Shown: positions 49,028-61,000 of the stretch, one piece after another
Numbering within the stretch: position 1 is the stretch's first letter
Layout of the letters: every line of letters begins with the position of its first letter
Assembly (NCBI RefSeq): GCF_000315625.1
Contig: NW_005434667.1
Coordinates: 673,061-737,060, forward strand
Reading direction: 5' to 3'
Origin: Guillardia theta CCMP2712
Taxonomy: Eukaryota; Protista; Cryptophyta
DNA length: 64,000 bases
Made by a program: the position numbers and the translations under genes
The notes under the pieces: generated by a model
Seen by the model: the letters and a program-made list of their open reading frames with translations, nothing else
Told to the model about the DNA's origin: nothing
Database searches by the model: none

Positions 49028-52000
49028 TGACCTCCCCGATTTCAACTCTTTCCCCCTTCTCATACCTGATTGTACTCTTTGGGCACGTTGGGGTCCGGGA
49101 CACCATCGCACCCCATGCAGGAGACGTTGCATCCTCCGCAGACATTGCAGACGTCAAACTTCTTAGGGGCGATTCCTGCCAGCACCATGAGCGAGGCAGG
49201 GGCGGGAAGATCCTTACCAGTGATAAGAGTGACTCTCGGGTTGATCGCAACACCATCGCATCCCTGGAGCTCAGGGGTCAAACATGGCAGGGAGGTACGG
49301 CTTGTTAAGGCGTCGAATCTAACATGTTCACCTTGCACGTCGAGTCGTCTCCCCCACAAACCCCGCACACGTCAACAACTTTCCCGCTGTTCGGCACCCC
49401 ATCACATCCCGCGCAGGAGCTACCGTCTCCCCCGCATATGCCGCACGCGTCCAGCACCTGGAGGAGAGAGCGAGAGAGGGTGAGAAGGACTGCATGGTAA
49501 GGAGGCAAGGGTACCTTCCCACTCGCTACCTTCCCGTCGCATCCGATGCAGGAGGAGTTATCTCCCCCGCACACCTTGCAGGCGTCGTAGATGGTCGAGG
49601 AGAACGGAACCAGATCGCATCCGGCTGGTGCATCCAGCACCACATGGTAAGACTGCGGGAAGCGGATCAGCATTGCACACAACATCCCCTCCTCTTCTAC
49701 CGTCTGATTGCACGAGCACTGAGCTCGCATGACGTTCACTGCTCCTGTCTTCGCTACGATCCCCATCAGCTTGCAACCCTGCGTGCTCCACCCTTGACCC
49801 CCCCAGCTCACGCAAGCCGCCACCCTGCTCCTGCCTTGGGCGTCCTTGGTTGGGTTAGGAACCCTAACGAGGTCGAGCTCGAGGACGAGCGGCCGGCTCA
49901 AACGAGCGAGCGGGACGTCGGACTGCAGCCCGAAGACCTCGAGTTGGAACGCGAGGATGGGGGAGATGATGGAGGAGGAGAGGTTGGCGAAGAAGAAGGG
50001 GTTGAACCCTGTCGTGAACGAGCTGACCATGGTTGTCACCGAGTATGGCTCACACTGCAAGGCCCCGTTACTCCCCAGGCTACAGTCCACCCGGTCGAGC
50101 TTGTAAGGAAGAGTGGTGGAGTCCAACTGGGCACTGGAGGAGGAGAAGGAGGCAGAGATGGCTGGGAGAATGGTGTATCCTGAAGAGACTGTGACAGCAC
50201 GCAGCTCCTGCTCTCCACTTTCTCTCAAGCTCGTGTCTTGCTGGAGGAAACGTCGCACTGTGGAGGCTACAGAGACCTCTAGCCTCCTCACCTTGGTAGA
50301 GCTCAGGGTCGAGTCAAGGCTCTTGTCCGTCTCGTTCACCGTCGTCCCATACACGAGCAGCGCGTCAGTGCGCCGGAAGATGGAGAGGATGGTGCTGGAG
50401 CGGTTCAGGAGGTCGGAGGTAGCGAGCGAGGCGTTGCTGCTGGCAATGTACTGCAGGCCGGACAGGGAGCTGACGGCCATCTGGTTTAGATCCTGCAGGA
50501 TGGAGGAGTCAACTTGGACCTGCCAGTCTAGCTCGAGAAAACTGAGGATGAGGTTGGAAATGGTTCGCTCCCAGTCGAAGCACTCGAGGGTGAGCTCCTG
50601 GGGCACTGAGAAGATGGAGCGAAGGGAGCTGGCAACCAGGGAGCACAGGGAAAGCGCGTCTGCCTGCCCTGCCAGGCCGGAGTGAGAGATGGAGGTGTAG
50701 AGCAGCTGGGGGAGCGTGTGACATCGCAGGTCCGAGTTGGAGGAGCTGGCGATGTCGGTTTGCAGGAGCCTCCTCCTGCTCGCTGGGGTTGTGACGGAGT
50801 TCATGAGACCGATGAGCATGCTGATTTGACGGACAGCATCGGTGGGCTTGCCGTTGAGGATGAGGTCGTTGGCGCTGGTTGTCATCGTTGTGAACTCCTG
50901 CATCATCGCAGACCTGTTCGCAAACTGCTTGACGGAGACCTTGATAGAACACGCGGACGTCTGAAGGTTGCAAGTGGTGTGGACCCTCTCTGAGCCGTGA
51001 AGGTTCAAGATCCGCAGCCGGACGCTCCACAGGTAGCTCTTGTCCGAGGGCCCAGCCGGCATCATGCTGACAGCCCGGGGGTTGCTGGAGAAGGAGCGGA
51101 TAATCCTGTAGGCTCCCCCGGTGGTGAAGTACTCCATCTGGTACTGCAGTGGGAGCGAGTCGACGTCATCCTGCCACCCGGAGGCCTGGAACTGAAAGTC
51201 CGTCGACAGAGTCTCGCCGCTGGTGGGGGCGACCTGTAGGTCCCCGTTCCTAGGAGGGCTGTCGATGCTGAAGGTGATCTGGTCGTAGCTTGACCTCTGG
51301 CCCTCACTGACGATCAGCCTGATGGTGTACTGGAAGGAGGGAGTCAGCACGTTGGGCGCGATGACGAGGATGGGCCCGTTGCTGCTGGGGCTAAGGAGGT
51401 TGTCAATATCGGTGACGTTGCGATCCCCGACGACGGTGATCCACTGGTAAGAGATGGGAGCGGAGAGGTTCACCCTCTGGACCTCTGACGTCAGCACGGT
51501 CCTCGAGTTGGATGTGTAGAAGCCGTCAGGCACCAAGGACAGGATCGCGACCACGGGAAGCAAGGAGGAGGATGGGAAAAGGCGGATGCTGGCTGTCGAC
51601 CAGCCATTGGCGGAGCTTACGTTGAGGGTGAACTCGTAGTAGGAGAGCTGGATACCGTCGACAATGGTCTTCAGTGTCCCCTTGGGGATGTAGAACGTCA
51701 CTGAAGTCCCATCAACGCATCCTGACTTGGCCCCGACCGCTGGCACGCTGTCGCAATACCAGCGGTACTGCAACTTAGCAAGCGACTGGGAGGAGGGAGG
51801 GTAGTCGGGGTGGTAGGAGCTCTTGCCGTCCAAAAGGAGGTCTTGGTCGACGCTGAACATCCTTTCCTGCCCGATGATCACTGCGACAGGTGAGCTGACG
51901 AGGGTACTGAAAGCCAGCGAGGAGATGGAAGACAGGGTTGGCCTGTCTTGCTGCCAGACTCTGAGCTGCACGCGGTAGCTCCTTCCCGGCAGGAGGGTGT

Positions 52001-55000
52001 AAGGAGGGATCTCGAAGGTGCGCAGAACTCCAAGGGAGTTGTTGACAGGCTGGTTGTTCTTGTCCAGCACTCGCCACTCGTACTCTAGGACGGGGCTGGT
52101 GGTCGCGTCACAGGAGGACGGCGAGCCGAAACCGACGAAGGTGACGCTTCTGTAAACAGGGACTTGACTTTGTGTAGAGAGCTGAGAGGTCTGGATGTAG
52201 GAGGATGGCAAGGCGAGCAGCGTCTTGCTGATTGTGATTGTCTTCACGTCGCTGTCTACGTTCATCCAGTTCCTCACGTAGAGCCGAAAGACGTACGAGC
52301 CCGCAGGGTAGGACGCGAAGGCAAGTGAGAGGCTGTTGCAGTAGCAGTTGGTTGAGCTGTTGGTGACCGAGTTGTAGCACGTGGGACTATTGCAGTTAAT
52401 CCCTTGCTGATCATATTCAATCCCCGAAAACTTCTCAACCTGAGCGTTGAGGCTGGTAAGGATGCTCTGCTTGCTCGTAGCCGTCAGGCTATCATCGTTG
52501 ATCACCGACAGGTTGCGGTCGATCGACCAGAAAAACCTGAGCTTCCTCCCAAGGCTTCCATACGACATGCTCGCATCAATCGCAACGTTGTTGCATCGCC
52601 CGACATCGCCGGGGGCAACGTACACAACCACTGGCTTGGTTCCCATCGCCGGCTGCTGAATGGTGATGTTGCCGCTGGCTGTATAGGAGAGTTCGACCCC
52701 GCGCATGATCAGGTTGTTGAGGATCCTTACGGGTTGATGGATCAAGAATCTCGATCCTGATCCTAATACAATCGTCAACGTCTGATTGCTGAGAAACCTG
52801 CACGACACGCCGACCCCATACAGCAGGCTCATGATGCTTGCGGAGCTCAGCGAGGAAGGGAGGGCCTTAATCTCCGAGCTCTGAAGCCCGGAGGTAGGAA
52901 GGAGCAGATCTTTGTACTGCGCGTCGATCACCCTCGTGCAATCGAAATTCCCGCTGAGGCCATTTGCTCTGTCAGTGTCGACGTTGAAGTTGATGTTGAT
53001 CGAGTCAAAGGTGTCCGTCAGGACGGCAGACTGCAGCTGTGGGGCGTCTGCCATGAACGAGTAGGTGACCGATGACTGCGCCTCGTACTCTTGGCCGTTC
53101 AGGGAGATCTCAACAAAGACTGTCTTGCCTAGAGGGACCGTCGGCACATTGCATCTCAGCAGGGTCGAGGTGATGATGAATGACTTGGTGGCTCCTGCGC
53201 CTCCATACCGACAGTACGGTCCTCCGTAATCTGAAACAAGGTTTCTCCCTCGGATTATCGCAACCACTCCCGTAGCGCTCTTGCTCCCAATGCTGCAAGC
53301 AGAATCAGAGCAAGACTAGGAGATGCAAGAAGCAAGAGAAAGAGGGAGGAGGAGGGGTTCGTGGAGCAAGCGGGTACCCAGGAGATGAAAGTGCAGAACG
53401 ATAGTCACCTGGGCACGACGGAGTCGACGACGGGGTTTGCATAGTACGTGTAGAGGATCTTGTTGCTAGTGAAGACTTGCCCGTCGATGGAGACTTCAAG
53501 GGGATACGAGTCGATGGCGTACTGTCGGAAGGTGCCAGGGAGAACTTCGGGAGGGAAGTATTGCTTGTACACAGTAGAGTATTCCTTGGGTTGGATCTGC
53601 GGGATGGGGCAGATGGCGAAGCTCGAGTTCAGGACAGTCCCGACTGTCTGCACGGTAGTGATCTGACACCGGAAGCTGCTGCTGGCCCGAAGGTCCTTGG
53701 CTCGTACGAGGGTCAATCCGCCGCTCTGTGCTGGACCTGCGCTGGGGGAAAGCTGGAAGATGACAGGCTGCGGGAAGAACAAGAAAGACATGTAAAGGAA
53801 GAAGGGGGAGAAGTCCTGCGCGTTTAAAGAGATCGATATCGAGACGAGCTGACTCTGAGAGACGCTCGGAGTGGAACAAGAGGCGCGGGTAGATGAGATG
53901 AGAGTCCCTGCTGTCCTGAGGTCGATGGTGCTCTGATTGCTCCAGAACTTGCAAAAGAGGCTGCCGGAGGTGAAGTTGCTTCCTGTCAGCGTGATCTTGG
54001 TCCCCCCGAGCACCGGGCCGGAGGAGGGCACAGGTTTGCCCGAGAGGGCAGCAATGGGATGGTAGTAGAAGAGAGCGCCAAGAGACTCTTGCGTGAAGTC
54101 GGTGTCGGCTCCGTTGAGAGAGATCTGCACACGGACGCTCGAGATGAAGTTGGGGGGTGAGATGCACAGGATTGCAGTCTCCGAGATGTACTGGACCGGT
54201 TTGACAATGCCAGTCGTTATGGCTGTGCTCTCTACCTGACCGAACTTGCAACGGATGTTCGAGTTTGCGTTGCCGATGAAGCCGACACCGATGATTGTCA
54301 CCCTAGTTCGACCCTCTGCTGGGCCCAGGCTGGGTCTGACGCTGTCAAGTTTTGGCGTTGCGTAGAAGACGTACATGGCAGGGCAATAGCTCTGATATAA
54401 CGGTCCGTAGTTGCCCTGAATGGTGTTGCCTTCATTCAGCGACACGTCAAATTGCGCAAAGTAGGTCTCGGTGGAAGAAGACTTGCTGACACAGACGAGC
54501 TGAGATGTGCTTGTCACGGCATCCACATTTGACAAGGTGGTCGACCCCGTACACCTCCTCTGAGTGGGGTCGCGAAAGCAGCCCTGGCTGTCTCCGACCG
54601 TGTAGATCTCATCTATAGTACATCTGGTGAAGACACAGCGAGTCTTGGACGTCAAGTCAGGTCTAAACCCTGAGCCAAACACCGTCATGCGCGTTTCTCC
54701 GCTGGATTTGCCGGAGGAAGGAAGAAGGGCGTTGACAGTGACGTCGCTGTAGTAGGTGAAGGCAAGGCTGGAGCGGATGGGACATTGGTAAAGGCTGTTG
54801 GTTGAGGGGCAGGCCTGGGATGTCACAGTCAAACAACACGACACACGAGGGGCAACAAGTCAAAGACCTGTATGTATAGGCCGTTCAGCCCGACACGGAC
54901 AGGGTAGAGGACGCTGACGTCACCGGCTCCGATGGAAGGTGAGATGCACCTGACGCTCGTGGTAGTCAAGTAGGTGGCGTCAACTCTACGGAAGCAGGAG

Positions 55001-58000
55001 GTGGAGATTCCTGCAGTGCACTCCTGCACTCCTTCCCCGAAGAAGCAGCTGAGGTAGCTGCCCGACATGAAGAAACCAACTCCGGCGACTGTCACCATGG
55101 TGCCTCCAGCAGAGGGCCCGGCGCCGGGGGAGGCTCCGGTCACGTCGAATTCGCCGTAGTACTGAAACTTGATGGCGAGAGAACTTGTGAAGACTTGCCC
55201 GTCCAGCGCGAGCTCGAAGTTGACCCAGCCGGGGGTAGGCCATGGAGGGCTCTTGCAGTAGAAGACTTGAACGCCGTTGGGGTCGTCGAGGATGGCAGGG
55301 ACGACGATGGACCCTCCGAATCTGCACTTAGACACGCCATTGAGGTTCTTGAAACCATCGCCCCCTATGATGATGGGAGTCTCTCCTATGCGAGGGCCAA
55401 GGTTGGGGGTGATCTGGGTCATGTTTGGCTGGCGAAACCAGAGGAAGGTCTTGGGAGAGCTTGGAGAGAAATCTCTGCCCCCGTTGGAGGAGACTGAGAT
55501 GTTGCTGTCCCCGAGGAACAGCAAGTTCCGGGGTGTCGTGACCTGCACTTCTGCAGTGGAGACGAATGTGCACCTCGCCTGAACCACAAGGTTCGCCGAT
55601 CCCCATCTCACTGCACATCCATCGGTGGAGTTGCGGAAGCCAGCTCCTGAAATCGTGATCGCAGTACCTCCCTCCTGCGGGCTGCCTGCGGGAAGCAGGG
55701 TGTCTCCAGTGTTTGCGATGAGGGTGGGGTGATTGTAGAACTCGAACTTGAGGGTCTGGACGAGAAAGTCAAAGCCGTTGGCTGAGATGTAGAGGTCGAC
55801 AACTTGGGCGACATGGCTGGGAGCGAAGCACATGACGTTGGTGGAGTTGAGGAAGACCAGCGCGACTTTCGTGGTGCCGAACCTGCAGAGAGACTGAGAG
55901 GTGTTGAAGAACCCGGACCCAGTGATGTCGATCCTCGTCCCTCCCTGTGCTGGGCCCGACGTGGGAAAGGTCTTCTGCATGACAGGGTCTTGGAAGAACT
56001 TGAAGCAGAGAGCTGGGGCGATGCTACAATCCTGCTGGGGGGTATAGGTCGATCCATCCAGAGCCATCAGAACCGGGATGGTCAGCTGTATGCTGGAAGC
56101 TGCGAAGGACGGAGTTATGCAGATGATCTTGGATGTGTCGAAGAGGAAGGTAGCAGGAACGACCACGTTTGAAAACTTGCAACGGAGGGTGTTGGTGAAG
56201 TTCATGTTCGTAGCGCGAATATAGAGGGTTGTGCCTCCCTTGATCGACCCAAAGGTCGGAGAGATGTCTAGGATTTGAGTGGCTTCGAGGAACTTGAACT
56301 GAAGGTTTGACTGGATGTAAGTCTTGTTGTCCCATGACAGGCTGATTGGCAGTGACTTGCCGAAATGACATGAGCTGCATGGTGGGCTCTTGAAGGTCAG
56401 CGAAGTGGAGGAGTTGAAGACAGCGAAAGTACACGAGGAGAGGCCGCAGGCATCAGTGCTGGACCCGATCCTGACGAAGAGGAAGTTGTCGATGAAGTTG
56501 GAGCCTGTTATCGTCGCAAGCACTCCTCCACGGTAGTCAGCTCCATCGGGGGTGACGACGAGAGAGGACGGGAAATCGTAGAGATAGATCAGCCTCGTGA
56601 GCGAGTACTCCTTGCCATTCACTGAGACCTGTACTGTCAGACCTGCTGGCCTCGCCCCGAAGCTGGCGGGAACCGTGAACGTCAATTGATCTGAGCAGGA
56701 GGAGGAGGAGCAAGGGGTCCCCTGAACCGCCACGTTGCCTCCGAGCATGACGGTGAAGCTGTACTGGCTGGCAGGATATCTCATGCAGTCGGAGATCGTC
56801 GACCCATTCATGGCGCGCGTGCAGCCTGGAAGGTTCCTGCCGATGATGGTGGCGACGAAGCTGTTGGACGCGAACGCCTGAGAAGGGATGACTCGCAGGA
56901 TCTCCGGGCCGACGCTGCAGTCAGTGCCCGAGAAGCCAAGGCTGCACTTGCAGAAGAGCCCCGACGCGTCGCAGGCTCCCGACCCTGCGATGGCTCCGCC
57001 ACAGTTGAGCGGGCACAGGGCGGATGTGAGAGTGAAGACGTTAAGGCTGCTGGTCGTGGTGCTCAGGATATCATTCTCAATGTTGGAGGCGAGGACAGTG
57101 ATCTTCTGCTGTGACGTCGACAGGGTGCTGGTCAGTGTGAAGACGATCTGGTTCTCGTTCACAAACGTGGCCGATTCGCAGACCACTGAGCCTCCTGTGC
57201 ATCTCACGAAGAGGCTGCTGACGTTGACGAAGTTGGCTCCATAGATAGTCACTCGTTGCGGGGCGGTGGAGGAGCCGCTGAGTGGAGCAAGGGAGAACAT
57301 CTGGACGGGATCGTAGTACCAGAACTTTTGAGAGGACAAGCTCGTGTCACTGAATTGTTGGCCGTTGAGAGAGAACTGAACAAAGCAGAGCCCGCGTGTT
57401 GGGAACTCTTGGGTCGGAGAACGGAGCAGGTAGTTGCCGTTGCTGCTTCTGGTCGAGCTAGTGACGCATCTGAGCTGATTGTTGACCACAGTCGCGACCG
57501 ATACCAGAACGATTCCTTCCCTGGCCAGCCTCTCCGCCTCAGGGGGGAAGCTGGGGATCAAGGAGCATTTCAGGTTGTCGAGGGAAGGAAGCGTTTGCGA
57601 CAGAGCGATAGCGATGGTTGTCAAACCTCTGTTTGGACCGGCACAAGGCGTCAACGATGCGACTTCAGGCTGCAAGTATGCAAGGTATTGACAGATTGGT
57701 AAAGCGCAGTTAATGGCGTAGTCCTGAAGGTTCAGCGTCAACGCCAAGGCATACATCTTCTGGCCAGCTGCTGGACTGAGACACACGATCGCGGTCGAGC
57801 TGACAAATGTCGAGCTTTGTGAGAGGAGGGCGAGATCGAAGCTGCACGCCAAGTACTCGCTGGGATAGAAGCCCATCCCGTTGACTGTGATGGAAGTCCC
57901 GCCGTTGGCAGGGCCGAGCGAAGGACTGATCTTGCTTATCATGGGCAGCTGGTAGTACAGGAAGACTGAAGACTTGGTGAAATGGTCATAAGAATAGGGT

Positions 58001-61000
58001 TGAAACACAAGGCTGTTGCAGTCAACTCCGAGGAGACAGATCCCAAAGGAAACATTCTGAAACTGAGATGTGATGGTATATCGAGGAGCGATGCAGATGA
58101 TTGCTTGGGTGAGAGAATCAAATTTCACAGCGCTAGTCTGATTGGCAAACGTTGGGCTCAACACTATGTTTCCGAATCTGCACCTTATTTTGGCATATTG
58201 AGCGAATTGCTCTATCAACGCAAAGTTGAGCCCAGTCACTGTGACTTGAGCACCTCCCTGGAACAAACCGAGGGTAGGACGGGAAGAAACTGTCCAGTAG
58301 ACGATGAGAGCATCCTGCTTCACACTGTTGTCGATGTTGAGGAAGAAGGATGTGTCGAAGGGACCTGAGCCAGCGTTGTACGTGATCCCAAAGCTCGTGG
58401 CGAGAGGCATCGAGTCACCAGCCCGAAGGTTGATGGATACGCATATCACTGTGGTCTCCGAGACGAAGACGGGAGAGTCAAACCTCCTCGTCACGCCGTC
58501 CGCAGCCTTGTCCCCCAACTCTGAGGTAGTCAAACTGTTGAATTGACACCTCAACGTGTTTTCGTTGAGGAATCCGGATCCTGTCACCGTGACCTGCCCT
58601 CCTCCGTCCCCCGCTATGATCGATGGGAACAAGCTGTAGATCACGGGAAGCTCGCAGAACTTGAAGATGAAGGCGCAGTTTGCAGTGTTGCCGTTGTCAC
58701 ACTTGGGAGCGCTGATGTCATAGATGTCTCCTGTCGCAGGGTTCAGCGGATAGTATCGATTCCCGTTAAAACTGAACGAGACGGTTGTCAACATGGGTTG
58801 AACAGAAAGAATATCTGTCCGTAGGGAAACTGCGTTTGGAGTGACGCACAGCAACCAGTTTGGGTTGCAGACCCCTGAAGCATCAGGCAGGCAGGCAGCA
58901 GGGACTGTGATGGACTTGCTACCGATCCTGAACTTGCACAGGAGGACGGAGGCGCAGGTTCCGCAGTCATTCCACGTGGAACAGTCTAGGCAGGGATCGT
59001 AGAAGCCGCTCACACTGACAGAGATGGTGGTTCCTCCCTGGAAGGATCCGATGGAGGGAGAGATGCCGAGGATCGTTGGCGTCTGGAAGTAGTTGAACTT
59101 CTCCACGTTGGCCTTGGTATAGTCGATGCCGTTGAGGGCGATGTCAAAAGGCACAGAAACGCCGCAGCGGGGGCAAGGGAGCATCGAGTCCAGGCTGCCC
59201 TGGTATGGAGGAGAGACGCAAAGGACGCTCGCATCCTGAGCTTGAAACGTTCCGATCGTTACGACTGTGTCAAACTTGCAGAGGATCGGAAGGTGCTTGA
59301 AGCCAGCTGGGAGAACGGAGGTGTCTCGTTGCGAGAACCCAACCCCTCGCACAGTGATGGGCGTTCCTCCGACCAAGGGACCGAGGCGCAGGCTGAGAGA
59401 GGTGATCTTGACGTTGATGTAGGTGAAAGTGGTGGAGCTGCTGGTTTGAGAGAGAGATGAAGTACAAGAGGTGGCGCCAATGTCGATGATACAAGGATTC
59501 AGGCTGATCTGTACCTTGACAGTGTTGGGATAGTTGGAGTTCACCGGGGGCCCCGGGGGTACTGTGCATGCGAACGTCGACCCGTCAAAGGGGAACTGAA
59601 TCATCCTCCATGTCTGCAAGGAAGACTTGATGAGAACCGGCCCGTCGACCCACGGGAGGTAAAAGATGCAGTAGTAGTCATACTTGAAACCTTGGAAGAC
59701 TATCTCCTTGTTCAGCCCCTGGAACAGGTTGAAGCCGTACACGTTGATCACCGTTTGCTGGTCTTGTAGGGGGCCGAAACTAGGGGAGATGTAGCTCAGC
59801 CCGTAGTAGCGGAAGAAGGGGTCAGCTGTAAACTGGATCCATGTGTTCCCGAGGTTGGTGGATACATAGAGGAGGACGGCAGCATTCGCAGTGCTGTCCA
59901 AACCAAGAGCACTGAGGGGAGGGACGGTACAGAACAGGAGCCCTTCTCTGGAATCTAGCGAAGCAGTAGAAGTGAGATTGACGTACTTGGTGTCATAACT
60001 TCCCTGCACCATGTACGTGCCGAACTTGCACCTCACGTCCAGGACATACTGGAGGTTCGAGCCCAAGAACGTGATCGTCGTCCCTCCGACTGCTGGGGCC
60101 GTTGGCCACCTGATGTTGCTGATGCTCCCGATACCGTGAAAGAGGAACTGAATGCGCGAGTCCTGCTGGGTGAAGGATATCCCGTCCAGCGTGAAGGCGA
60201 AGAAGACCACGACTTGCTGCGAGGAAGAGCTCCAGGCTATCTGAGGAGTTACGCATGTTGCGTATGGCACGTTGGGAGGAAGAGGTTGGTTGAGGGTAGC
60301 AGGGACTATGTAGTTTCCAAACTTGCACTGCATTGTATCGGCGTTGATGAATCCTGTTCCTCGCACAGTGACAAGAGTTCCTCCTGTCCACACAGAGAAG
60401 GACGGGGTTAAGCTCTGTCCGTCTGTCCTCAGCTGGACTTGAGGAAGAGTTTCGGAGCAGTTTTGCCCGTAGAATCCCAAGGAAAGCTTGCAGATGCAGG
60501 TTCCGTTCACGCACTCTCCCTGCGGGAAGGAGCAGTTGAGCGGACACGCTATCATCGAGCAGTCCGCTCCTCCCCATCCGAAGAAGCAGGAGCACAAGGA
60601 TACCGAGTAGTTGGTGCTGTACTGGTAGCCCAGCTCTCCCTGGTTGTTGAGGTACTCAATGCCTGGCGAGCCGAGGCAGACTCCCCTCCCGCTGCAGTTG
60701 TTGGGACAAGCAGAGATTCCGCAGTCGATTCCTGTGTAGCCGATGTCGCAGAGGCAGCCCTTCCCTCCCACGCATGTCCCCCTGTACTTACAGTTGTTGG
60801 GGCATGAAGCCTGGGAGCAGTCTGGCCCCCCCCAGAACCTGTGGCACTTGCAGTTCCCGTCCTGATCGCATGCCCCATGATCCGAGCAGTTGTTCGGACA
60901 CTCTCGCAAGTCGCATGCGCCTCCAAACCACCCCTCATCACACCTGCAGACAAGGGATCCTTGTACAAAGTCTGTCGGAGCCATCCCATCTTGACTCGTC

